This document shows, one piece after another, positions 1 through 9,058 of a DNA stretch of 61,874 nucleotides. Both the position numbers and the translations under genes were made by a program. This stretch comes from Pseudoclavibacter sp. (GTDB lineage: Bacteria; Actinomycetota; Actinomycetes; Actinomycetales; Microbacteriaceae), in assembly GCA_030532485.1 (NCBI GenBank), contig JAUNLB010000001.1, positions 1 through 61,874 on the forward strand. Reading direction: 5' to 3'. The first letter of the stretch is position 1; every line of letters starts with the position of its first letter. Below the pieces are notes generated by a model. It had not been told where the DNA came from, made no database searches, and saw nothing but the letters and a program-made list of their open reading frames with translations.

Positions 1-1
1 C

Positions 2-190
2 GTCCCCGACACCCCCGGGGTGTCGGTCGTGCCGCGCGAGCAACGCACCCGCCCCGCCGCCTTCACCATCACCGATCACCCCAATCCACAACACATCGTG
101 AACCACTCCGAGAACCACCAGACACACATCGCCCGACCGGCTCTCGAACTCCCATCCCTCCAGGAGCCTATGCTTCCCCGATACCCCTGA
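2..190 (+). CDS. 3' end of an unidentified gene entering from the left edge (partial)
   Basis: Frame 2 is open from base 2 to TGA at 188-190 (VPDTPGVSVVPREQRTRPAAFTITDHPNPQ...PRYP*), with mostly C/G third positions in the first half. No family recognised. Confidence 0.4.
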   Translation, partial: VPDTPGVSVVPREQRTRPAAFTITDHPNPQHIVNHSENHQTHIARPALELPSLQEPMLPRYP

Positions 191-376
191 AAGGACGCCA
201 CCAGCATATCCCAAAAGGTACGACACGACAAGCCCGACAGCACATTTCACCCTGGGTATTCCCTGAGTGCCGACACGCGAACCCGCCCGGAACCACGGGC
301 CACACACGCCCCGAAAAGACCACCAGGGCGACCCCCTGGTCGGAAAAGTGAAAAGACACAGGAAGCGCCCGGTCGA

Positions 377-398
377 ATCCTATATGCCACCTCCGACA
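377..398 (-). promoter_or_regulatory. PafBC-type (RecA-NDp) DNA-damage promoter facing left
   Basis: Minus strand reads TGTCGG-AGGTGGCATA-TAGGAT, an exact fit to TGTCGG-N10-TAnnnT. Confidence 0.65.
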
Positions 399-612
399 AT
401 CGTCGATCGAAGTGAGGTTGTTTACTTATCGCTCAAGTTTTTCAGGCCATCAAGCAGGAGGTCATGAATCAGGGCGCTCGGTCCTTGATCACGGTGGGGC
501 GACCTCCAACCCGGCACCGGGAGCATCTGGGCCTCGGAATCCAGAAAGTAGGGAGAACGCGGTGCCCCGGCGCCCAGGGGAGCCGGGAGGCAGCCGCCTG
601 GATTGTGTCCGC

Positions 613-634
613 TGTCGGCGGTTCCGGGCATCAT
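613..634 (+). promoter_or_regulatory. PafBC-like promoter upstream of recQ
   Basis: TGTCGG-CGGTTCCGGG-CATCAT (N10 spacing, CAnnnT -10), about 50 bp upstream of a DNA-repair helicase. Confidence 0.5.
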
Positions 635-683
635 GGTTCGCGGCGCCCGGCGGCGGCCGGGGAACACGGACGGGAGGGTCGGG

Positions 684-2828
684 ATGCGGGAACCCATGGC
701 GCAGGAGCCGTCGGCCGACGGGCACGACGGAACGATCGCCGAGCGGGCGCTGGAGATCCTGCGGCGCCTGAGCGGACGCGCGGACGCCGAGTTCCGTCCC
801 GGCCAGCTGGAGGCGATCCTGGCGCTCGTGGAGGAGCGCCGCCGCACGCTCGTCGTCCAGCGCACCGGCTGGGGCAAGTCCGCCGTCTACTTCATCGCGA
901 GCCTGCTGCTGCGCGAGCGGGGATCGGGGCCCACGCTGCTCGTCTCGCCCCTGCTGGCCCTCATGCGCGATCAGATCGCCGCCGCCGAGCGGGCGGGCGT
1001 GCGGGCCGCCACGCTGAACTCGGCGAACCAGCACGAGTGGCGCGAGATCTCCCAACGACTCGCCGACGACGAGGTGGACGTGCTGCTCGTCTCACCCGAA
1101 CGGCTCAACAATCCGGGGTTCCGCGAAGAGCACCTGCCCCGGCTCACCTCCTCCACCGGCCTGGTGGTCGTGGACGAGGCGCACTGCATCTCGGACTGGG
1201 GGCACGACTTCCGGCCCGACTACCGGCGCATCGCCCGGCTCGTGGCCGGGCTGCCCGAGGGGCTGCCCGTGCTGGCCACCACGGCCACCGCGAACGAGCG
1301 GGTCGTCCGGGACGTCGAGGAGCAGCTCGCCGGCCCGGCCGGGGCGCCGCACGGGGTGCTCACCCTGCGCGGTTCGCTCGCCCGCGACTCGCTGCGTCTG
1401 GGGGTGCTGCGGCTGGCGGACGCGCAGGAGCGGCTCGCCTGGCTCGTGACGCATCTGCGGGAGCTGCCCGGCAGCGGCATCGTCTACGCCCTCACGGTCG
1501 CCGCGGCCGACGACACCGCTCGGATGCTGCGCGAGGCCGGATACGAGGTCGACTCCTACACGGGCAAGGCCGACCCCGAGGCCCGCGAGCGCATGGAGGC
1601 CCGGCTGAAGGAGAACCGGTGCAAGGCGCTCGTGGCCACGAGCGCGCTCGGCATGGGCTTCGACAAGCCCGACCTGGGATTCATCGTGCACCTGGGCGCC
1701 CCCTCCTCCCCGGTCGCCTACTACCAGCAGATCGGCCGGGCGGGCCGCGGTTCCGAGGACGCCCGGGTGCTGCTGCTGCCGGGCGCCGAGGACGCCGAGA
1801 TCTGGCGGTACTTCGCGACCGCCTCGATGCCGGTGGAAGAGACGGCCAGGCAGGTCATCGCCGCGCTCGGCCCGGAGCCCGTCTCCACCCCCGAGCTGGA
1901 GACCCGGGTGGAGCTGCGGCGCACTCGGCTGGAGCTGCTGCTCAAGGTGCTGGACGTGGAGGGCGCGGTCGCCCGGGTGCGGGGAGGCTGGGTGACGACG
2001 GGACGGCCGTGGCGCTACGACGCCGAGCGCTATGCGCGCATCGCCCGGGCCCGCGAGCAGGAGCAGCGCGCCATGCTCCGGTACCAGGAGGGCGGCGAGT
2101 GCCGCATGGCCTTCCTGCAGCGTGAGCTGGACGATCCGAGTGCGAGGCCCTGCGGCCGCTGCGACGAGTGCGCGGGCCCCTGGTACCCCGTGGGGGCAGA
2201 CGATGCGGCGCGCGAAGCGGTGGGCGGCGCGTTGCGCCGCGCAGGCGTCGTGATCGAGCCGCGCCTGCGCTGGCCGACGGGGATGGCCTGGCTCGGCGTG
2301 GAGACGGGCCGGGCGGGCATCCCCGCCGAGGAGCGCTGCCAGGAGGGCCGCGCCGTGGCCCGCCTCACGGACCTGGGCTGGGGCGGGCCGTTGCGCCGAC
2401 TGTTCCGGGGCGGGGACGGGACGGTCCCTCCCGGCATGGTCGAGGCGTGCGTGCGGGTGCTGAGCGAGTGGGGCTGGCAGCGGCGGCCCGCACTCGTCGC
2501 CTCGGTGCCCTCCCGGTCCCGGCCGCGGCTCGTCGCCTCCCTGGCGGCCGAGATCGCCCGCATCGGCCGGTTGCCGGACGCCGGTCCCCTGCGGCTGCGG
2601 GCCCCCGGGCCGCAGCGCGGGCACGGCGGCAACAGCGCGCACCGGCTGGCCGGCGTGTGGAACGCCTTCGAGGTGCCCGAACCGATGCGGGAGCTGCTGC
2701 CCGCGGGCCCGGTGCTGCTCGTCGACGACCGCGCCGACAGCCGCTGGACGCTCGCCGTCGCGGGCCGCGCCCTGCGCCGGGCGGGCGCCCCGGCCGTGCT
2801 GCCGCTCGTGCTCGCCCTGGAGGCCTGA
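684..2828 (+). CDS. recQ: RecQ-family ATP-dependent DNA helicase (actinobacterial type with C-terminal PRT-like region)
   Basis: Walker A RTGWGKS, DEAHCISDWGHDFRPDY, motif VI QQIGRAGR, Zn motif CRM...CGRCDEC, C-terminal LLVDD. ATG 684 follows GGGAGG; ATG 696 is an alternative start. Confidence 0.92.
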   Translation: MREPMAQEPSADGHDGTIAERALEILRRLSGRADAEFRPGQLEAILALVEERRRTLVVQRTGWGKSAVYFIASLLLRERGSGPTLLVSPLLALMRDQIAAAERAGVRAATLNSANQHEWREISQRLADDEVDVLLVSPERLNNPGFREEHLPRLTSSTGLVVVDEAHCISDWGHDFRPDYRRIARLVAGLPEGLPVLATTATANERVVRDVEEQLAGPAGAPHGVLTLRGSLARDSLRLGVLRLADAQERLAWLVTHLRELPGSGIVYALTVAAADDTARMLREAGYEVDSYTGKADPEARERMEARLKENRCKALVATSALGMGFDKPDLGFIVHLGAPSSPVAYYQQIGRAGRGSEDARVLLLPGAEDAEIWRYFATASMPVEETARQVIAALGPEPVSTPELETRVELRRTRLELLLKVLDVEGAVARVRGGWVTTGRPWRYDAERYARIARAREQEQRAMLRYQEGGECRMAFLQRELDDPSARPCGRCDECAGPWYPVGADDAAREAVGGALRRAGVVIEPRLRWPTGMAWLGVETGRAGIPAEERCQEGRAVARLTDLGWGGPLRRLFRGGDGTVPPGMVEACVRVLSEWGWQRRPALVASVPSRSRPRLVASLAAEIARIGRLPDAGPLRLRAPGPQRGHGGNSAHRLAGVWNAFEVPEPMRELLPAGPVLLVDDRADSRWTLAVAGRALRRAGAPAVLPLVLALEA

Positions 2829-2930
2829 GCCCGACGCGCCGCTCCGGGGCCGGACTCAGGGGCTTCATGCAAGGATCGCATCCGGGGAGGTGGACAGTGG
2901 GAGGCTGACAGCACGCTCGGAGGCGATGCC

Positions 2931-4952
2931 ATGACGGTTACGGCGATCGAGACGACCGACGAGGCGCGAGCCCTCGCCGAACAGCTCCTCGGCTCCGAAC
3001 GGCGCCGCCCCGTCGCGCTCGTGAGCATCGCCGCCGGGCAGAGCGAGCCGTTCATCGACGCCGCGCGCATCGACGCGGAGCTCGGCGACGCCGTCGACGT
3101 CTACACGATCGTCACCGGTCCGGTCACCTTCGCGTTCCGCGACGCGATGCCCCCGGGCACCGAAGCGTACGGGGGCGCGGGGCGGGTCTACCCGGTCGGC
3201 ACCGAGTGGGTGGAGGACCTGCGGGTCTCCCCCCTGCGCTTCGCGTTCGACGCCGAGCACGCGAGCCGGTCCACCGACAACCTCATCGACGACGCCCACC
3301 GCATGTCGGACCGCGCCCGCACGAACGGTCGGAACTCCCGGCACGGCGGGCTGGTCCGGACCGAGGCGCAGGTGCACGCGGTCCTGGGCGATGCCAGGGC
3401 CATCGTCAAGACGGATTCCGGCTGGAACGCGACGATCGCGCAGGAACGCATCGCCCGAGGCGTCCCCCTCGGCTGGCTGCTCTCGCCCGGGATGCGCCTC
3501 ACCGGGCTGCTGGACGAGCAGAGCCGCAGTTTCGCCCCCGATCAGCCGGCCGACCGGGCCTCGCTCGTCGCGGACTACCCGGACGGCGCCGTCGTCCTCG
3601 CGCTGGTCGCCGACGTCGCCGAGGACGCCGCCCAGCTGCTGCTGCACCCCTGGCTGACCGTGCGGGTCCGCCGCGGCGAGGTCTCGCAGGACGCGCAGGG
3701 CGCGCTGGCGATGCTCCTCGCGCCCGGCGACGTGGTGGCCGCCCGGCTCCTGCGCGGCCCGGACGGCCGCCTCCGCCTGCGCCTGTCCGATGTGCGGGAC
3801 GACGAGCCCGTGCTCCCGGCCGTCCCCTTCGCCCCCGGCGGCGAGCCGTGGCTGCTGCCGGAACGGCACCTGGACATCCCCGAACCCCCCGCCCAGCGCA
3901 GCGCCGCACCCGCCTCGACCGCACCCGCGTCGGCGGAGCCGGCCGCGCAACCGATCCGGCCGGTACCGAAGCCGGGCCCTCCCCCCGGTGCTCCGGGCCG
4001 GACCGCCGCGACCCCGCGCCCGGCGCCGCCCGAAACCGCGCCCGCACCGCGCCCGACCGTGTTCCCGACCCCGGGCGATCTGGCCCGATCCGGCGGCACG
4101 GTGGCCGTGCCGGACCCGGAGAGGACGAGCGAGAAGACGGCTCGGCGTCCCGCCGACGAATCGTCGGCCGAGCCCGCCCCGGAGACGGCGGCCGGGCCGC
4201 GACCGGCCCCCGGCCCGCACCTGGTCGCGGCCGCCGCCCAGCGGGACCTCGGTCAGGAGATGAACACGCTGCGCCTGGAGGCCGAGCGGGAGCGCCTGCG
4301 CCGCGTGCGGGCGGAGAACCGGATCGTCGAGCTGGAGCAGCAGCTCGGCGGAGCCACGGGCGGAGCCGAGCAGAGCGAGGCGCAGCGCGCCATGAGCGAG
4401 GCCTTCGACGCCGAGCGGCGGCAGCTGGCCGAGGAGATCACGAAGCTCGAGCAGCGCGGCAGCCAGATGCGGAAAGAGCTGAGCAGGCAGCGCGACGCCC
4501 TGCGGAAGGCGAACCGGACCTCCTCGGAGCGGTCCGGCCGGGTCACGGTCGACTTCGACGCCTTCCCGGACGCGGACGAGGCCGTGCGCTTCGCGATCCG
4601 CTCCAGCTGGGTCGCCCAGATCCCCGCCTACGAGAAGCGAAGCAAACCGCTGCCGGCGTACCGGCTGGGGCCGGATTTCGCCGACTCCCTGGCCAGATTC
4701 GACGAGGACCGGCAGGCGAAGGCGCTGCGCGCCGTCGTGGACGTGCTCACCGGCGCCCGGAACCGCACCGTCCACCACCTGAAGGAGAGCGAGTCCGGTC
4801 CGCCCGTGACCCGGGCCGAGGACGGCGCCGTCGCCTGGCGCGTGTACATCGAGGAGAACTCCCCCCAGGCCCGGCGGCTGCACTACTGGCAGCTCAAGGG
4901 CGGCGAGATCGAGCTGGCCCGGGTGGTGCTGCACGACGACTTCTCGATCTGA
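2931..4952 (+). CDS. Uncharacterised 673-aa protein: N-terminal domain, two S1/OB-like repeats, Pro-rich linker, coiled coil, RelE-like C-terminal domain
   Basis: GGAGG RBS and strong GC3 support the CDS. S1 pattern DGAVVLALVADV...EVS...LAPGDVVAARLL...LRLS; heptad-rich EAERERLRR...EEITKLEQ; C-terminus WRVYIE..ARRLHYWQLKGGEIELARVVLHDD. The domain calls are inference. Confidence 0.8.
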   Translation: MTVTAIETTDEARALAEQLLGSERRRPVALVSIAAGQSEPFIDAARIDAELGDAVDVYTIVTGPVTFAFRDAMPPGTEAYGGAGRVYPVGTEWVEDLRVSPLRFAFDAEHASRSTDNLIDDAHRMSDRARTNGRNSRHGGLVRTEAQVHAVLGDARAIVKTDSGWNATIAQERIARGVPLGWLLSPGMRLTGLLDEQSRSFAPDQPADRASLVADYPDGAVVLALVADVAEDAAQLLLHPWLTVRVRRGEVSQDAQGALAMLLAPGDVVAARLLRGPDGRLRLRLSDVRDDEPVLPAVPFAPGGEPWLLPERHLDIPEPPAQRSAAPASTAPASAEPAAQPIRPVPKPGPPPGAPGRTAATPRPAPPETAPAPRPTVFPTPGDLARSGGTVAVPDPERTSEKTARRPADESSAEPAPETAAGPRPAPGPHLVAAAAQRDLGQEMNTLRLEAERERLRRVRAENRIVELEQQLGGATGGAEQSEAQRAMSEAFDAERRQLAEEITKLEQRGSQMRKELSRQRDALRKANRTSSERSGRVTVDFDAFPDADEAVRFAIRSSWVAQIPAYEKRSKPLPAYRLGPDFADSLARFDEDRQAKALRAVVDVLTGARNRTVHHLKESESGPPVTRAEDGAVAWRVYIEENSPQARRLHYWQLKGGEIELARVVLHDDFSI

Positions 4953-5099
4953 CCCCGCGCGGGCGGCGGGGCGTCGACCGCGCGGCGAGCGGTGCGCCGA
5001 GGCGATCCGACGCGCCTGCGCGGCGGCGGGCGCTGCTGGCATGATCTGTGGTGACGGCCGGTCCCGGCCGCCCGCACCCCGCACGCCCAGGAGCCGCCC

Positions 5100-6569
5100 G
5101 TGCCCGACCCCGCCTCCGACCCCGAGCCCGCAGGCCGGACCGGACCCGCTCTGGAGACCGCCGGCATCGAAGTGATCGACGAGGCCCAGCGCACCGCCCG
5201 GCCGCGCGATCTGTTCTGGCCGTGGTTCGCGGCGAACGTCTCGGTGTTCGGCATGAGCTACGGCTCCTTCGTCCTCGGCTTCGGCGTCTCCTTCGCGCAG
5301 GCGACGTTCGTCTCGCTGCTCGGCGTGCTCGTCTCCTTCGCGCTGTGCGGGGTCGTCGCGATCGCGGGCAAACGCGGCTCGGCGCCCACCATGGTGCTCT
5401 CGCGCGCCGCATTCGGGGTGCACGGCCAGAAGGTCCCGGGCCTCGTGTCCTGGCTGACCTCGATCGGCTGGGAGACGTTCCTGGCGATCATGGCGACGCT
5501 CGCCACCGCGACCGTGTTCGAGCGGCTGGGCTGGTGGAGCGGGACGGGCGTGAAGCTCGCGGCCGCCGCCGCGGTCGCCGCGCTCGTCGTCGCCGCCTCG
5601 GTCGCCGGCTACCACACGATCATGCGGATGCAGTCGGTCCTCACCTGGATCACGGGGGCCGTCACCGTGCTGTACATCGCCCTGACGCTGCCGCGCATCG
5701 ACCTCGCCGCGGTACTGGCGATCCCCGCCGGTCCCCCGCAGGCGGTGCTCGGCGCCCTGGTCATGGTGATGACCGGCTTCGGCCTGGGCTGGATCAACAT
5801 CGCCGCGGACTGGTCGCGCTACCAGAGCCGCAGCACCCCGGGCGGACGGATCGTGCTGTGGAACACCCTCGGCGGCGCCGCGGCCCCGGCGCTGCTGGTC
5901 GTGTTCGGCCTGCTGCTGGCCGGCTCCGACCCGGAGCTGTCCGAGGCGGTCGCCGCCGACCCGATCGGGGCGCTCGCCTCGCTGCTGCCGGTCTGGGTGC
6001 TCGTCCCCTTCCTGCTGACCGCGGTGCTCGCGCTCGTCTCCGGGGCCGTGCTGGGCATCTACTCCTCGGGCCTGACCCTGCTGAGCCTGGGCGTGCGCAT
6101 CCCCCGGCCGCTGGCCGCGGGCGTCGACGGGCTCATCCTGACCGCGGGCACGATCTGGGTGGTGTTCTTCGCCCCCGACTTCCTGGGGCCCTTCCAGAGC
6201 TTCCTCATCACCCTCGGCGTGCCGCTGGCCGCCTGGGCGGGCCTGCTCATGGCCGATGTGGCGCTGCGCCGGCGCGACTACGACGAGGCGGCGCTGTTCG
6301 ACGCCTCCGGCCGCTACGGCGCGGTGGACTGGACCTCGATCGGCACGATGGCGATCGCCTCCCTCCTCGGCTGGGGGCTGGTGGTGAACGTCTTCGCCGA
6401 GGAGGCGGCCTGGAACAACTGGCAGGGCTACCTGCTCGGCCCGATCGGCGGCCGGGAGGGGCCGTGGGCCTCCGCGAACCTCGGCGTGCTGCTGGCCCTG
6501 GCGCTGTCCTTCCTGGCCGGTCTGCTGCTGCGCCGCGGCCGGGTGCGCCGCCAGGAACAGGAGCACTGA
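5100..6569 (+). CDS. Purine-cytosine permease (NCS1 family)
   Basis: About 12 hydrophobic segments; WPWFAANVS, SRAAFG, ADWSRY motifs. Confidence 0.88.
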   Translation: MPDPASDPEPAGRTGPALETAGIEVIDEAQRTARPRDLFWPWFAANVSVFGMSYGSFVLGFGVSFAQATFVSLLGVLVSFALCGVVAIAGKRGSAPTMVLSRAAFGVHGQKVPGLVSWLTSIGWETFLAIMATLATATVFERLGWWSGTGVKLAAAAAVAALVVAASVAGYHTIMRMQSVLTWITGAVTVLYIALTLPRIDLAAVLAIPAGPPQAVLGALVMVMTGFGLGWINIAADWSRYQSRSTPGGRIVLWNTLGGAAAPALLVVFGLLLAGSDPELSEAVAADPIGALASLLPVWVLVPFLLTAVLALVSGAVLGIYSSGLTLLSLGVRIPRPLAAGVDGLILTAGTIWVVFFAPDFLGPFQSFLITLGVPLAAWAGLLMADVALRRRDYDEAALFDASGRYGAVDWTSIGTMAIASLLGWGLVVNVFAEEAAWNNWQGYLLGPIGGREGPWASANLGVLLALALSFLAGLLLRRGRVRRQEQEH

Positions 6570-6580
6570 GCGGCCACGGG

Positions 6581-6660
6581 GGAGTCGGGCGGCCACGAGA
6601 GGACTCGCACGACACCAGGAGGACTCACACGACACCAGAGGGAGTCACACGGCACCCGAA
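6581..6660. repeat. 20-bp-period tandem repeat (3 good copies plus 1 degenerate)
   Basis: GGAGTCGGGCGGCCACGAGA / GGACTCGCACGACACCAGGA / GGACTCACACGACACCAGAG / GGAGTCACACGGCACCCGAA. Confidence 0.75.
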
Positions 6661-6690
6661 ATGTCTCGAAACGGGTCATTGCGAGGGCGA

Positions 6691-6720
6691 AATGTCACAA
6701 AACCGCCGTAGTGTGACATT
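6691..6720. promoter_or_regulatory. Inverted-repeat operator overlapping a probable fic -10 (TAGTGT, 6709-6714)
   Basis: AATGTCACA-N12-TGTGACATT, perfect 9-bp arms, 12 bp before the ATG. Confidence 0.6.
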
Positions 6721-6732
6721 GTGCACCTAAGC

Positions 6733-7935
6733 ATGTTCACCGATCGCGCTCCGGGGATCCTCGTGGAACTCCGCGGGAGCGACTCCCGCACCGGTTCCTG
6801 GACGCACCGGGCATTCGTTCCGGATCCGCTCCCCGCCTCGATGCCGGAGCTGTCGCCGGCGACCTTCCTGCTCGTCGCCGATGCCAGAGCGGCTCTCGCC
6901 GCCCTGGACGGTACGGCCCGTCAGCTGCCCGAACCTCGGCTGCTGCGGAAACTCGCGCTGCGGCGCGAGGCCCACAGCACCTCGGCGCTGGAGGGGACGT
7001 ACGCACCGCTGGCGGAGGTGGTCACCGCGGACGAGGAGGAGACCGCCTCGCTCGAGCTCGTCGAGATCCTCAACTACGTGCGGATGGCGAAGCTCGGCTT
7101 CGCCCGGGTGTCCGAGGGGCAGGCGATCACCCGCTCGATGCTCGCCGAACTGCAGGGCGTCCTCATGCGGGGAACCCGCCTCGAACCGCACGCGGGACGG
7201 CTCCGGGACGTCCCGGTGGTGATCGGGCGCCGCGAGGACGCGGGCCCCGAGGAGCTGCCCGTGCACGCCGCGCGGTTCGTCCCGCCGCCGCCCGGCGACC
7301 ACCTGATCGCCGGCGTGGACGCGCTCGTCGAGTGGATGCGCACGGACCATCGCGGGCGCATCGACCCCGTCGTCGCCGCCGCGATGCTGCACTCCCAGTT
7401 CGAGACGCTCCACCCCTTCCTCGACGGCAACGGCCGGCTGGGACGCTACCTGATCAGCCTGCATCTCTTGGGCATGGGGGTGCTCGCCGAGCCCACGCTC
7501 ATCGTCTCCCCCTGGTTCGAGTCCCGGCGCGGCGAGTACTACGACGCGCTGCTGGGAGTCAGCACCGAGGGCGCCTGGGACCGGTGGGTCGCCTTCTTCG
7601 CCCGGGGCGTCCAGGAGTCCGCCGACGACACGCGGGAACGGATGATCCGGCTCGTCGTCGTGCAGGAGGAGCTGAAGGAGGTCGTCCGCGCCTCCGGCAT
7701 CCGGGCGAACAACGCCCATCGGCTCGTCGACTTCGCCGTCGCGAACCCCTCCTTCACGATCGCCCAGGCGCGCGACGGCCTGGGGATCTCCCAGACGAAT
7801 GCGAGCAAGCTCGTCGGGCAGCTGGTCGATCTGGGCGTCCTGACCCCGGTCGCCCAGCAGCGCTACCGGCGCCGCTTCGTCGCCCCGCGCATCCTGGAGG
7901 TGCTGCTGGACGATCGGGGGGCGCGGCGCGATTGA
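6733..7935 (+). CDS. Fic-domain protein, class II (N-terminal inhibitory motif, C-terminal HTH)
   Basis: Catalytic HPFLDGNGRLGR; inhibitory (S/T)xxxE(G/N) motif TSALEG; C-terminal wHTH-like FTIAQARDGLGISQTNASKLVGQLVDLGVL. Confidence 0.9.
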   Translation: MFTDRAPGILVELRGSDSRTGSWTHRAFVPDPLPASMPELSPATFLLVADARAALAALDGTARQLPEPRLLRKLALRREAHSTSALEGTYAPLAEVVTADEEETASLELVEILNYVRMAKLGFARVSEGQAITRSMLAELQGVLMRGTRLEPHAGRLRDVPVVIGRREDAGPEELPVHAARFVPPPPGDHLIAGVDALVEWMRTDHRGRIDPVVAAAMLHSQFETLHPFLDGNGRLGRYLISLHLLGMGVLAEPTLIVSPWFESRRGEYYDALLGVSTEGAWDRWVAFFARGVQESADDTRERMIRLVVVQEELKEVVRASGIRANNAHRLVDFAVANPSFTIAQARDGLGISQTNASKLVGQLVDLGVLTPVAQQRYRRRFVAPRILEVLLDDRGARRD

Positions 7936-7945
7936 GCCTCCCGCC

Positions 7946-8935
7946 TCAGCCGAGCTGCCGCTCCAGCCACGCCTCGTCCACGATGGGGGTGCCGTAGCGG
8001 CGGGCCGTGTCCGCCTTCTTGGAGAGCGAGTCCGGATCGGCCGCGACCAGCAGCTCGGTCGCCTTCGTCACCCTGGGCTGCACGACGCAGCCGCGGGCGG
8101 TCAGGCGGCGCTCCCACTCCTCGCGCTCCAGGCGCATCCGCCCCGTGAGGACGACGGTCACGCCCGGGCGGAGCGGAGCCGCACGGCGAGAGGGGGCAGT
8201 CGGGCGAACCGTACGCTGCGCCAGCTCACGCGGCAGCGCCCTCGCCCGCTGGCCCGTGGTCCCGACCATCGCGGCCCGGAACGGCGTCCGGGGGTGCTCC
8301 GCCCATACCGGAGAGCGCGCGTGCGCGCGCAGATATGCGGCCAGCAGCCTCGCGGTCGCCTCCGCATCGCCGAAGGCGCTGTGGGCACCGCGATTGCGGA
8401 TGCCGAACGCCTCGCAGCACTCCCCGAGCCCGCGCCCTCGCCCGGGCAGCAGTTTCGCGGCCAGCCGCATCGTGCACAGGGCCGGCACCGGCAGCTCGTC
8501 GCTCTGCAGGCATCCGGCGCGACGCCACTCGGCGGCCAGGAATGCCGCGTCGAACGCGGCATTGTGGGCGACCACGATACGACCGTCGAGCAGCTCGCGC
8601 ACCTGGTCGGCGATCTGCTCGAATCGGGGCGCATCGCGCATCTCCGCGCCTCGCAGACCGTGCACGTGCACCGGTCCCAGATCTCGGCCCGGATGCACGA
8701 GCGTCTGCCAGCCGCCCGTGATCCGCCCGTCCGGATCGCAGTGCACGATCGCGATCTCGACGATCCGGTTGCTCCGGCGCCCCACACCCGTCGTCTCCAG
8801 GTCGATGACGGCGTAGCCGAGCGATCCCTCCGCCGCGGTGCTCGGAGGGCTTGCCCGAAGCTCCCGGGAGGAGAGGGAGCGCACGAGCGCCCCGAGCCGA
8901 CGGGCGAGCGCAGGAACATCCCTCATCGTGTTCAT
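7946..8935 (-). CDS. DEDDh 3'-5' exonuclease (DnaQ/epsilon-like) with C-terminal BRCT domain
   Basis: VIDLETTG, VAHNAAFD, HSAFGDA; BRCT-like VVLTG...VTKATELLVAADPDSLSKKADTARRYGTPIVDE. Confidence 0.88.
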   Translation of the reverse strand: MNTMRDVPALARRLGALVRSLSSRELRASPPSTAAEGSLGYAVIDLETTGVGRRSNRIVEIAIVHCDPDGRITGGWQTLVHPGRDLGPVHVHGLRGAEMRDAPRFEQIADQVRELLDGRIVVAHNAAFDAAFLAAEWRRAGCLQSDELPVPALCTMRLAAKLLPGRGRGLGECCEAFGIRNRGAHSAFGDAEATARLLAAYLRAHARSPVWAEHPRTPFRAAMVGTTGQRARALPRELAQRTVRPTAPSRRAAPLRPGVTVVLTGRMRLEREEWERRLTARGCVVQPRVTKATELLVAADPDSLSKKADTARRYGTPIVDEAWLERQLG

Positions 8936-9058
8936 GGCTTCACAGTCTGCCGGACGCCCGGAACCCGCGGATTCCCCGGGACCCCGAAGGGGTCGATTCC
9001 GGCGCCGCACAGCGTCGCGAGCTTCACGCGCGAACGAAGAGGGGAAGGCCTCGCCGAA

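Noticed and set aside
168-359. 63-aa minus-strand ORF downstream of the PafBC-type promoter
   Set aside because: No RBS, atypical codons and no motif, so it cannot be supported as coding.
6581-6660. CRISPR interpretation of the 20-bp array
   Set aside because: The units are contiguous with no unique spacers.
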